This document shows positions 24,059-35,732 of a DNA stretch of 64,000 nt, in pieces. A program made the translations under genes and the position numbers. Origin of the DNA: Mobula hypostoma (taxonomy: Eukaryota). The notes beneath the pieces are model-generated. The model did no database searches. It saw only the letters and a program-made list of their open reading frames with translations, and was not told the DNA's origin. The stretch is from the NCBI RefSeq assembly GCF_963921235.1, contig NC_086097.1:169386001-169450000 (forward strand), in the 5' to 3' direction. Numbering within the stretch: the first letter of the stretch is position 1; the number at the start of each line of letters is the position of its first letter.

Positions 24059-24158
24059 CTGGTAGCAGTTGGTAGCTCTGTGACTTTGGTTGGTGAAGAA
24101 TGAATCAATGGAGAAGTTGATGGCCTCAAACTTAGCTGATTTGTAACAGGTACACGCT
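24059..24158 (-). CDS. CEP192: CEP192 exon (ERVPVTNQLSLRPSTSPLIHSSPTKVTELPTAT)
   Basis: Acceptor ctttcaatatag|AG (phase 1), donor CAG|gtaaag (phase 2); 100 bp; conserved RPSTSPLxHSSP. Confidence 0.92.
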
Positions 24159-24411
24159 CTATATTGAAAGATATATGTGCTGAAAATTATGCATATTAAT
24201 GTTTCAGGTACAGCACTAAGCAACATTGTTAAGTGTAATATGACACCAAAAGTGCCACGATCTTTTAGATAGCTTTTTAAAGTTTTTTTCCCCCTGATCA
24301 TTAATTACACCAGAATTAAAACAAATTTTATTCAGCCAACTTCTGTCATAAAAAAGTCTTGAAAGTAAATTGGAAAATAATAAGAACTAACTATAAGAGC
24401 TGCTACAAGTA

Positions 24412-25839
24412 CAGTGCCTATAAAAAGTATACACCCCCCCGCCAAACTAATCAACTGCATAAGTATTCACTCCATTTAATATGACATGCCAAATCGTCAC
24501 TAGTGCAGCCAACTGGTTTTAGAGATCATATAATTAGTTAAATGGCGATCACCTGTGTGCAGTCAAGGTATTTTAATTGATTGTAGTAAAAATACACCTG
24601 TGTCTGGCAGGTCTAACTGCTGGTGAATCAACATCCTGGCAAAAACTACACCATGAAGACAAAAGAGCACTTCAGCAACTCAACAAAAAGATCATTGAAA
24701 AGCACAAGTCAGGAGATGGATATGAGAAAATTTCCAAGTCCCTAAATATCCCTTGGAGTACTGTTAAGTCAATCATCAAGAAATGGAATGAATATGACAG
24801 CTGTAAATCTGCCTAGAGCAGGCCGTTCTCAAAAGCTGAGTGACCATGGAAGAAGGGGACTACTAAGGGAAGCTACCAAGAGACCTATGACAACTCTGGA
24901 GGAGTTACAAGCTTCAGTGGCTGAGATGGGAGAGACTGTGCAAACAACAACGGTTGCCCAGGTGCTTCACCAGTTGCAGAGTGGCAAAGAAAAAAACCAC
25001 TGATTAAAAAAAACATGAAATCTCAGCTAGTTTGCCAGAAGGCATGTAGGAAACTCTGGAGTCAGCTGGAAGAAGATTCTATGACTTGAAGAAACCAAAA
25101 TTGAGCTTTTTGGCCATCAGACTAAACACTATGTTTGGCGTAAGCCAAACACCGCATGTCATCAGAAACACACCATCCCTACTGTGAAGCACGGTGGTGC
25201 TGCATCATGCTGCGGGATGCTTCACTACAGTAGGCCCCGGAAGGCTTGTGAAGGTAGAGGGTAAAATAAATGCAGCAAAATACAGAGAAATCTTGGAGGA
25301 AAATCTGATGCAGTCTGCAGGAGAACTGCGACTTGCGAGATTTGTTTTCCAGCAATGACTCCAAGCATAAAGCTGAAGGCTTAGGAATGGCTTAGAAAAC
25401 AACAAAGTTAATGTCCTGGAGTGTCCAAATTGGAGTCCAGACCTCAATCTAATTAAGAATTTGTGGCTGGACTTGTTCACTCATGATCCCCATGCAATCT
25501 GACTGAGCTTGAGCAGTTTTGTAAAGAAGAATGGGGGAAAATTGCAGTGTCCAGATCTGCTAATCTGATAGAAGCCTATCGACACAGACACATTTGCTGC
25601 CGAAGGTGCATCCACTGAATACTGACTTAAAGGGGGTAAATAATTGTGCAATTAATTATAGTGATTTAATAATTCTAATAAATTTAGACCAACTTGTAGG
25701 AATTTGTTTTCACTTTGACATGAAAGTATTTTTTCTATTGAACAATGCTAATAAAGCCAAATTAAATCCACTGTGATTCAATGTTGTAAAACAAAGCATG
25801 AAAACGTTCAAGGAGTGTGAAATCTTTTTATAGGCAGTG
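24412..25839 (+). mobile_element. Tc1 transposon (IR/DR type) with degraded transposase
   Basis: TA|CAGTGCCTATAAAAAG start and matching end ...TTTTATAGGCAGTG|TA; HKSGDGYEKISKSLNIPWSTVKSIIKKW; SPDLNLIKNLW. Confidence 0.92.
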
Positions 25840-25971
25840 TATATTAAAAGAGAAGAACTAAAGTAAACATTGATATATTTAAGTAATAATAGAAAATGGA
25901 GAAATGGCAGATACATTTTGGATCAGTCTTCATAGTGAAAATCACTTAAAAGCATACTGTTATTTTAGTAA

Positions 25972-26131
25972 CACAAACACGTGAAAATCTGCAGATGCTG
26001 TAAATCCAAAGGTAACAAAAAATGCTGGAGGAACTTGACATCTCTGGAAAAGAGCAAATAGTTGACTTTTTGGGCCAAGGCTCTTCATCAGGATCAAGAC
26101 ATCAACCAATTGTTCTTTTCCACAGATGCTG
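25972..26131 (-). mobile_element. Short fold-back PLE terminus with degenerate hammerhead
   Basis: Minus: tcctgatgaagagccttggcccaaaaagtcaac; followed by an inverted copy ...ttttccacagatgctg. Confidence 0.65.
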
Positions 26132-26154
26132 AAAACAAAATACTGGACTTGAAA

Positions 26155-26520
26155 ACTAAGAAGTCCCTGAGACTTGATGACCTACATCCTTAGTCTTGAT
26201 GGAAGTAGTTACAGAGAAAATGTGCGAATTAGTTGTAAATCTATCAAAATTTCCAGGGATTTGGCAAACTACAAATATAACAACACTATCCAAGGAAGGA
26301 GATAGAAAATATAGACCAGTTAGCTTAAGACTGGGAAAATGCTGCAATCCTTTAATTGAAATAGCAGGACATTTAAAAGCATAAGTCAAACAAACAGAGT
26401 TGACAGTTTTATGGACAGGTTAATATGCTTGACAAATTTGCTAGAGTTCATTTATGATCCAAGAAATGATGAACAAGGGTAACAAGATGATATAGTGTAT
26501 TTGTATTTTCAGAATGTATG
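26155..26520 (+). mobile_element. Old CR1 RT fragment
   Basis: KYRPVSL and LTNLLEF remnants. Confidence 0.65.
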
Positions 26521-26651
26521 ACCTCCAGTAAGACAGTACTGTTAAGTGGTGACTCTGCTGGCAGCTCCAATGGGAATCATCGAATACCATGGCTATGACT
26601 ACCACCACTGAAATCAAGTCGTAGCCATGGTAAGCAGCACTGTTTTAAGAT

Positions 26652-26837
26652 CGCAAACACGAGGAAATCTGCAGATGCTGAAAATTCAAGCAACACACAC
26701 AAAATGCTGATGGAACGCAGCAGACCAGACAGCATCCATAGGAAGAAGCATCCCTGGCCTGACGAAGGGTTTCGGCTCGAAACGTCAACTGTGATGCTGT
26801 CTGGCCTGCTACGTTCCACCAGCATTTCATGTGTGTC
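26652..26837. mobile_element. 186-bp fold-back PLE-derived mini-element with hammerhead core
   Basis: 15-bp TSD GCACTGTTTTAAGAT (26637-26651, 26838-26852); about 47-bp inverted arms; CTGACGA-AGGGTTTCGGCTC-GAAACGTC at 26759-26786. Confidence 0.85.
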
Positions 26838-26989
26838 GCACTGTTTTAAGATGTTTTTATTTTTAAACCTATTGATGCTCAACATCAACAAAACCCAGAT
26901 GACAGACTTGGGTTGCAAGTGCTTTTCCCCTTTAAGAAAAAGGAAGTGGAGATACTGTGCCAGTCTACAGGTACGACTGAAACACAAGA

Positions 26990-28295
26990 GTCCTGTGACT
27001 TCTACTCCTGACAATCCTGATGGTGAACGTACAGTCCTTGGAAAATAAAACTGAAGACCTCAGAGCAAGACTGCATTACCAGAGGACATCAGGGACTGCT
27101 GTCTACTCTGCTTTATAGAAACATGTTTGACGGCTTGTGGAACCAGAGGAGTGAACACACTTGACAACTGTTATACCACCATCAAGAACACTTACTGTGC
27201 CATTCCACACCTACACCTTGTAAAGTCCAATCACCTGGCTGTACTTCCACTCACAGTGCATAGAAAGGGACTAAAGACCGCAGCACCAGTGGTGAGGTAG
27301 GTGGAAGAGCACTTACAGGACAGTTTAGACTCAGTGGACTAGACAATATTCAAGGATTCATTTTCAAGTCAGAATGAATACACCAGTTGTCACCGACTTC
27401 ATCAAGACCAGTGTGGGTGAGTATGTGCTTTTGAGAAATACCGATCATACCCAAACCAATAGCCATGGATGAAACAGGTGATTTGCAGTCTGCCAAGGGC
27501 TAGACCCGGAACATTCAAGACCGGTGATCCAGAACTATACAAAGGTGCCCAGGTACAACCTTCATAAGGCTACTTTAAGGGCGAGAAAACAATTTTGATT
27601 GAGGTTAGAGACTGAATCAGATGCACATCATCTCTGGCAGGGTTTGCAGGCCATTTCTTCCTACAATGTGAAACCTAACATGAAGAATAGCTGTGATGCT
27701 TCACTTGCAGAAGAGCTCAACCTGATCAGCCTTTAATGCACGCTTTGAAAGAATAAAACTGCACCTGTGTGAATCCCTTCAGCATCTGGTGACCCGATGA
27801 TCGGTGTCTCGGAGCAAACATCAGAACATCTTTCAAAAGCGTGAACCCTCGCAAAGCATTAGGCTTTAATGGTGTGTCTGGGAGGCCTCTGAAAACCTGT
27901 GCCAAACTACTGGTGTGAATGTTCAAGGACATCTTCAATCCATCACTGCTGCAATTGGAGGTTTCAACGGACTTCAAAAGGGTGACAATCATATCAGTGC
28001 CCAAGAAAAACGGTGAGCTGCCTCAACAACTATCACCCAGTGACAATTACATCTACTGTGATTGAAGTGCTTTAAGCAGTTGGTTGTGGCTAGATGGTCA
28101 GAACACCACCATCAGATTTCTGAATTGACAATCAATTCATAAACACTACCTATTTTTTCCTCTTTTTGCACTACTTAGTTAATATATTATATACTTCTCA
28201 TTGTAATTTATTGTTTTTACTATGTATTGCACTGCACTGCTACCGCAAAACTGCAAATTTCATGACATACGCTGGTGATGTTAAACCTGATTTTG
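26990..28295 (+). mobile_element. Rex1/Babar-like LINE, degraded, with internal deletions
   Basis: YPNQxPWM, DASLAEELN, VFKDIFN, CLNNYHPV remnants; 3' UTR ending aaacctgatt. Confidence 0.75.
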
Positions 28296-28674
28296 AAAGG
28301 GCATTTGATTAGGTGCCACTTGGAAGGTAATTGCACAAGATCTGATCACACAGAGGCTTGGATATTATATTGCCATAGTTAAGAGACTAGCTGACTTACA
28401 TCAATGTTGGGGTATCCTTGGATTGGCAAACAGTAATTAGTGCATTACTACGAGCATCAGTGATGGGGTCCTAAGTATTGGTTGTGTTCCAGTTGGCTCT
28501 ATATTTCATTTAAATACATAATTTGTTACTCAATTTGTCTTTTTTATACCTCTTTAGCTATTTGTACAGCTGCTTAAGTGGGCCAAAATATACTGGCAGT
28601 GATGTGTCCTGATTAACTGGAATCCACTGTATTCAAGGCAGAGATGGAAACTAGAGAGGAGTCAAGGTATTAGA

Positions 28675-29606
28675 TACAGAAAATACTGGAAAATCTCTGT
28701 AGATCTGGCAGCATATTTGGGCAAGAGGGGGCAGATGAGAGAAAACAAATTGAGTTTAAGTTTCAGAAGGTCAGGGAGACAGCAAAGGAATACCTCTGAT
28801 CGGGCAAGGCATGGTTGCTGTGAGGTTAATTTGAGGAGGTCATCAAATTCTCTCCAGTTAGAGAGAATACTGAGAAAGAAACATGACAAATCTGAACTGC
28901 AGGACTGTACAACATGCCTTACTAGTCAGGCTGTACCGATAGAGAAAGAAAAGTTGAACCAATATAACTTTAAGGAGAAGTGGCCAATGAAACAGTCCGA
29001 AGTTACAGAATATGATATGGGGTCCAGGTGATTCCAGTTACTCCGATGGATGATGAGGTTCTGTGCCTCAAGTTTACATTAGTTAGAGTTACAAACAGAT
29101 AGATCAAAATGGGAATGAATGGAGAGCTAAAATGGCAGGGCACAGGAAGCTAAAGGAAGCTGTGAAGACTGAATGTAATTGAGTCAACAAACCAGTCAAA
29201 CAATCTTTGTTTGATTTCTCCAATATACAGGGGGTCATGTTGCGAACACAAATGGAAAACACAAGATTGGAAGTTATGCACATGATTCACTGCATCACAG
29301 GAAGAATGATTTGGCCACCTGGATGGTGGGAAGGGAAGAGGTAAAAGGACAAATGTGGCACAGGCTACAATTGCAAGGGAAGTGCCTTAAGGGAAGCTGG
29401 TGGCAGCAAAACAAAAACAGAAGGGAGCGATTCCTTTGAAATGCGGAAAGGGGTGATGTATTTGGTTGTGAGATTTTGTTGATATTGGCATAAATTGAAA
29501 AGGATAATACACTGATCTGTCTTCTTACAGGGATGCAATCCTGTCTGCTCAGCGCTTCCAGCATTTTCTGCTTTTATTACAGATTTATCGCATCTGCAGT
29601 CTTTCT
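28675..29606 (-). mobile_element. Old PLE (GIY-YIG remnant) with an inverted terminus at about 29530-29606
   Basis: Minus-strand LYIGEIKQR remnant near 29200-29230; PLE terminal sequences in opposite orientations at the two ends. Confidence 0.65.
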
Positions 29607-29941
29607 TTGATTTTTCAAGGAAAATACAGGAATGGAAAATTGAGAGTGAAAACAGGAAATCAGGATAGAGGCCAAATCTGGATCAACCATAATAATACTA
29701 AACATTGGTGCAGGTTTGAAAAACCATTGCCAAATCCTCCATCCGTTTCTAATGCAAAAGTTGTCCCTCTAATAAAAATCATGCATTCTGATTGCACACA
29801 CTCCACTTAATGAGAAATTATTGCAGTTCCTAAATAATCACGACTTCACAGCAGGTTCCCTTCGACATGGTTTCCAAATACATTGGTCATAATGGTCAAT
29901 ATCAGAAATGAAGTTTAATGCACGACATATTAAAAGCTCAC

Positions 29942-31085
29942 CAGATTTACAGATTTTTGGTGTAGCTGGAGTGCAGTTGGATTGCTCAGGGCTGATGCTC
30001 TTTTGTTGGTCGCCAAGATCTGGAATTTCTTGCACATTTCTTTCCAAGTGTGGCTTAAAAGTTTTAAGTATTGCTGTATTGTCTTTATATATTGTCTCAC
30101 TTGTTGATTCCGCAAATCTTTGCTCCACAGATTCACTTGGGCAATGCTTGGAACTACTTGTTGTTACACCTTGAACAGCAGAGGGTTGAGAAGTAATAAT
30201 CCCTTCAGTTACATTTTGTAATGTTCTGGACACGCTCCCAGATATCCTTTCTGAGGTCTGCTCTTCAATGACTTGCTTCATTTGTTCTCCATTTTCAGGT
30301 TTTGTTCTATGTGCAGTTTTATCCAAACTTGATTCATTTCTCCTTAAACAAATATTATTCTTTTTGACTTGTTTCACTGCATTTATGGCTGTGTCATTCA
30401 TGGATGGTATTTCATGGGCTTCATCAAAACTTGAAAAAAGCGTACTATCACATGAACTTCCACTTACCACTGAATTGCCAATCAACTTACTATTATGTAT
30501 GGGCCCAGATGGTTTTTCAGTCTTAAGTACACAGGCTTCATTTTTGTGCTCATTCTGACCACAAAACCCAACTTCATCTTCAACTGATCTCTGTGAATTA
30601 CCTATTTCAACAACGTTTAGTTTCTGCATCTTCTCTTTTGAGTGTACTGTTTTCCTCTTTTCCTGCTTTTTGGTGCTATTTTTGATGAATTCCACTGAAA
30701 ATGAATTTGACATACTTTGAGGATTCCTCAAACTTTCAGATAAATCAGTGGAACTTAAATTATAAACAGATTCAGACAAAGGCTTGAATTCAGATTTGAG
30801 AATCTCACTCGTACTGCCCTCTGAGTTTTCAGGCTTTTTCTCCACATCAATAGCATTGCTTTTCTGGCTCTTCACTTCTGCACTGAATTCTTTACCAGTT
30901 GCCGCAGGCATATTTTTCTTCCTGTTTTTATTAGAAAGCTCCAAAATCATAGATGCCAACTGAGCAGGATCTGCACTTACAGAAGCATCAGCTATAGCAG
31001 AAGCAATTGTACTTATGCTCAAGACTGAATCTGTGGTGTTCAGTTTAGTTTCTTCAACCTTCGGATTCAAACTCAATCGTGTATT
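29942..31085 (-). CDS. CEP192: CEP192 large exon (NTRLSLNPK...SISTIASAIADASVSADPAQLASMILELSNK...PKICKS)
   Basis: Acceptor tttctttctttag|AAT (phase 0), donor CTG|gtgagc (phase 1); 1144 bp open. Confidence 0.95.
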
Positions 31086-31502
31086 CTAAAGAAAGAAAGT
31101 AAACAGTTCTCAGATATATTTCCAATGCAATTTGAACTAAATAATATTCTCTGAAAGCTATACCACTACACAATCTATCCACACTCTGCATCAAACACAT
31201 CATAGCACACCTGTGACAGAACCTGCAAGTTTTAGATTGGCCTCTGCACACCCCTTGGAACCCACAGACCAAAACATCAACAATTCCTTTCCCCCCCACA
31301 CCTCCCTATAGATGCTGCTTGACCTGCTGAGTTCACCTAGCAGATTATTTGTGAACTGGTGGAACCAACTCATCCACAATCCCATACAGATTAAAGTTTT
31401 CACTGGAGGTCGTTACACCGAGGATACTGGAAGACAGAAGGGGGCGGGGGGGCGACGATGAGCAAGGAAAGGATGCTTTAAGTACAGGAGACCCCGGGGG
31501 AT

Positions 31503-32141
31503 GTGCCTCTTGTAAAAAGGTTCACCCTCTTGGAAGCTGTCAAGACAGAAGATGATGCCAGCCTGAGAGGCAGTCAGGTCTGCGAGTCAACAATTGGTGC
31601 TGAAGCAAAGCCGAGGAGACAGACATCAGGCAGAGCCTTGGTAATAGGGGACTCCACAGTGAGAGGTACAGAAAGGGGTTTCTGTGGCAACAGGCGAAAT
31701 TTAAGGATGGTGTGTTGCCTCCCTGGTGCCGGGATCCAAGATGTCACGAACCCATTGCAGGGAATCCTCAAGAGTGAAGGTGAACATCCGGAAGTGGTGG
31801 TGCATGTCGGCACAAATGACGTGGGGAAGAAGAGGAAAGACATTCTACAGCGTGACTTCAGAGAACTCGGAAGAAGGTTGAAAAGCAGGCCTTCCAGGGT
31901 GGTTATCTCCAGTTTGCTTCCAGTTCCCCGTGCTGGACTGGTCAAGAACAGGGAGATAATGGATCTGAATGTGTGGCTGAGGAACTGGTGCAGGAAGCAA
32001 GGATTTACATTCTTGGACCACTGGGGTATGTTTCGGGGAAAGGATGAATTGTACAAAAGGGACAGGTTGCACCTCAATAAGCGGGGCACCAGCATTCTGG
32101 CAGGCAGGTTTGCCTCTGCAACACGGGTGTGTTTAAACTAA
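31503..32141 (+). pseudogene. CR1 ORF1 SGNH/GDSL esterase domain, 5'-truncated
   Basis: VIGDS, CLPGA, VHVGTND, DRLHLN blocks. Confidence 0.88.
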
Positions 32142-34064
32142 GTAGTGGGGGGGAGGGGACGAACTGGAAATATAAAGATGGAGATAAAGGGAAAGTGAGA
32201 ATAAGAAAAGTTAAGAAAGACAGCAGAATCAACAGAGCAGGAAGCTCAAGAAGGGATCGTACAGTATGGCCAAGTGATATAGGAATTGATATGGGAGGTG
32301 AGGGGAGTAATGAATTAAAAGTATTGTATATGAATGCACGGAGTATAAGAAATAAAGTGGATGAGCTTGAGGCACAGTTGGAAATTGGTAAGTATGATGT
32401 TGTGGGAATAAGAGAGACATGGCTTCAAATGGACAGGGCCTGGGAAATGAATATTCAAGGGTATACGTCCTATCAAAAGGACAGACTGATATGCAGAAGG
32501 GGTGGGGTGGCTCCGTTGGTGAGGAATGATATTCAGTCCCTTGCGAGGGGGGACATAGAATCAAGAGACGTAGAGTCAGTATGGATAGAACTGAGAAATT
32601 CTAAGGGTAGAAAGACCCTAATGGGAGTTATCTACAGGCCCCCAAACAGTAGTCTGGATGTAGGCTGTAAGTTGAATCAAGAGTTAAAATTGGCATGTCA
32701 CAAAGGTAATGCTACAGTTGTTATGGGGGATTTCAACATGCAGGTAGACTGGAGGAATCAGGTTGGTACTGGACCCAAGAAAGGGAGTTTGTGGAGTCCC
32801 TCCGAGATGGATTCTTAGAACAGCTTGTACTGGAGCCTACCAGAGAGAACGCAATTCTAGATTTAGTGTTGTGCAATGAACCGGATTTGATCAGGGACCT
32901 CGAGGTAAAGGAGCCATTAGGAGGTAGTGACCATAACATGATAAGTTTTAATCTACAATTTGAGAGGGAGAAGGGAAACTCGGAAGTGTCAGTATTACAG
33001 TTGAACAAAGGGAACTATGGTGCTATGAGGGGGGAGCTGGCCAAGGTTCAATGGAACAATACCCTAGCAGGGATGACAGTGGAACAGCAATGGCAAGTGC
33101 TTCCGGGAATAATGCGGAAGGTGCAGGATCAGTTCATCCCAAAGAGGAAGAAAGATCCTAAGGGGAGCAAGGGGAGGCCGTGGCTGACAAGGGAAGTAAT
33201 GGAAGAAGTGTAACATAGCAAAGACGAGTGGGAAACCGGAGCATTGGGAAACAAAGAGCAACAGAAGGTAACTAAAAAGGCAATACGCGGTGGAAAAATG
33301 AGGTACGAAGGTAAATTAGCCAAGAATATAAAGGAGGATAGTAAAAACTTCTTTAGGTATGTGAAAAGGAAAAAAATATTTAAGACCAAAATTGGGCCCT
33401 TGAAGACAGAAACTGGTGAATTTATTATGGGAAACAAGGAAATGGCAGACCAGTTGAACAGGTATTTTGGATCTGTCTTCACGAGGGAAGACACAAACAA
33501 TCTACCAGATATAATAGTGGCCAAAGGACCTAGGGTAATGGATGAACTGGAGGAAATTTATATTAGGCAGGAAATGGTGTTGGATAGACTGTTGGGTCTG
33601 AAGGCTGATAAGTCCCTAGGACCAGATGGCCTGCATCCCAGGGTACTTAAGGAGGTGGCTTTAGAAATCGTGGACGCATTGGTAATCATTTTCCAATGTT
33701 CCATAGATTCAGGATCAGTTCCTGTGGATTGGAGGGTGGCTAATGTTGTCCCTCTCTTCAAGAAGGGAGGGAGAGAGAAAATAGGGAATTATAGACCAGT
33801 TAGCTTGACGTCGGTGGTGGGAAAGATGCTGGAGTCAATTATAAAAGATGAAATTACAACACATCTGGATAGCAGTGACAGGATCAGTCCAAGTCAGCAT
33901 GGATTTATGAAAGGGAAATGTGCTTGACTAATCTTCTGGAATCTTTTGAGGATGTAACTATGAAAATGGACAAGGGAGGGCCAGTGGATGTAGTGGGCAA
34001 AATTAGGGCACATGGTATTGGGGGCAGAGTACTGACATGAATTGAAAATTGGCTGGCTGACAGA

Positions 34065-34480
34065 GTTACAAAATACACGTGGACTAAGGTGTTAACTGTC
34101 CTGTGCTATCACCAGTGGGATCATCAGTTGATCTGCCACCTGTCTTCAGGAGTTTTGGCCCGCTTATGATCAAGACTCCCTCGAGGTGGTGGGCCAGCAG
34201 TGCTAAAGCACCACCTCCCACTGGTGAGCTTAAAAACTTGGTATCTGCCTCTATCAGAGTTGTTGGTCACTTCCATCCAACAGATAGTCTACTCTTCAGG
34301 TGTCTATGCAACTACTGAAGGGTTTGCAAGATATGTATACACTGTCTGACTATCTGCCCCTCTGGACATACTTGGTCCACACCCATGCTGATCCTTTCTC
34401 TGCTGCCTCAGCTACAGCCCTGCTGGTTGACTTGATCTCTCTTCTAGTGAAGCCAAGGTCACGCAGCACTTCTGGAGAGC
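34065..34480 (-). mobile_element. 5'-truncated fragment of a probable HERO-clade (restriction-like endonuclease) non-LTR element inside the CR1
   Basis: TSD GACAGA (34059-34064, 34481-34486); minus frame VLRDLGFTRREIKSTSRAVAEAAEKGSAWVWTK...stop, then a 3' UTR. Confidence 0.72.
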
Positions 34481-35604
34481 GACAGAAAACAAAGAGTAGC
34501 GATTAATGGGTCCCTTTAGGAATGGCCGGCGGTGACCAGGGGGTACCGCAGGGTTCAGTGCTGGGACTGCAGCTGTTTACAATATATACTAATGATTTAG
34601 ATGAGGGAATTAAAAGTAACATTAGCAAATTTGCTGATGACACAAAGCTGGGTTGCAGTGTGAAATGTGAGGAGGATGTTATGAGAATGCAGGGTGACTT
34701 GGACAGGCTGGGTGAGTGGGCAGATGCATGGCAGATGCAGTTTAATGTGGATAAATGTGAGGTTATCCACTTTGGTGGTAAGAACAGGAAGGCAGATTAT
34801 TATCTAAATGGAGTCAAGTTCGGAAAAGGGGAAGTACAACGAGATCTAGGTGTTCTTGTATATCAGACACTGAAAGCAAGCATGCAAGTACAGCAGGCCG
34901 TGAAGAAAGCTAATGGCATGCTGGCCTTCATAACAAGGGGAATTGAGTATAAGAGCAAAGAGGTCCTTCTGCAGCTATACAGGGCCCTGGTGAGACCACA
35001 CCTGGAGTACTGTGTGCAGTTTTGGTCTCCAAATTTGAGGAAGGACATTCTTGCTATTGAGGGAGTGCAGCGTAGGTTCACAAGGTTAATTCCCGGGGTG
35101 GCGAGACTGTCATATGTCGAAAGATTGGAGCGACTGGGCTTGTGTACTCTGGAATTTAGATGGCTGAGAGGGGATCTTATTGCAACATATAAGATTATTA
35201 AGGGATTGGACACGCTGGAGGCAGGAGGCATGTTCACACTGATGGGTGAGACCAGAACCAGAGGCCACAGTTTAAGAATAAGGGGTAAGCCATCTAGAAC
35301 GGAGTTGAGGAAAAACTTCTTCACCCAGAGAGTGGTGGATATATGGAATGCTTTGCCCCAGAAGGCTGTGGAGGCCAAGTCTCTGGATGCTTTCGAGAAA
35401 GAGATGGATAGAGCTCTTAAAGATAACGGAATCAAAGGTTATGGGGATAAGGCAGGAACTGGATACTGATTGTGGATGATCAGCCATGATCACAGTGAAT
35501 GGCGGTGCTGGCTCGAAGGGCCAAATGGCCTCCTCCTGCACCTATTGTCTATCGGATTTAAACCGAAGTTAATTATTCAAGACTCAAAAGCAAACGTCAC
35601 TGAC

Positions 35605-35732
35605 CATACTTTCAGTCTGTTGCATATTTAAACTTAGTCCTTTGTTCAAGCTGTGATTTTCTTTTTGCTTATCAACCAGAAATGTAGTTGAATTCTCTGT
35701 TGGAGTTCCATTGAGCGTTTGATCCAGATTTT
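35605..35732 (-). CDS. CEP192: CEP192 exon (ENLDQTLNGTPTENS...QQTESM)
   Basis: Acceptor ttttcatgcag|AA (phase 1), donor ATG|gtcagt (phase 0); 128 bp; needed to reconcile the phases of the flanking exons. Confidence 0.82.

Larger units (their letters stand above)
31403..35552 (+). mobile_element. Near-full-length CR1 LINE: ORF1 esterase part, ORF2 endonuclease plus RT with frameshifts and deletions, 3' tail
   Basis: YMNARSI, YRPPNS, GDFN, GSDHN, GPDGLHPRVLKE, YRPVSLTS, VPQGSVLG, KFADDTK; tail cctattgtctat. Confidence 0.95.

Noticed and set aside
31503..32141. Host GDSL lipase gene
   Set aside because: It overlaps the start of CR1 ORF2 and is the known CR1 ORF1 esterase domain.
34863..35435. 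Long antisense ORFs over TEs and exons (also 31574-32095, 48905-49504, 11030-11446)
   Set aside because: Shadow frames of coding sequence on the other strand, with no recognisable motifs.
35608..35610. Alternative donor GAAA|gtatgg
   Set aside because: Gives phase 1, incompatible with the phase-0 acceptor at 31085; ATG|gtcagt fits.
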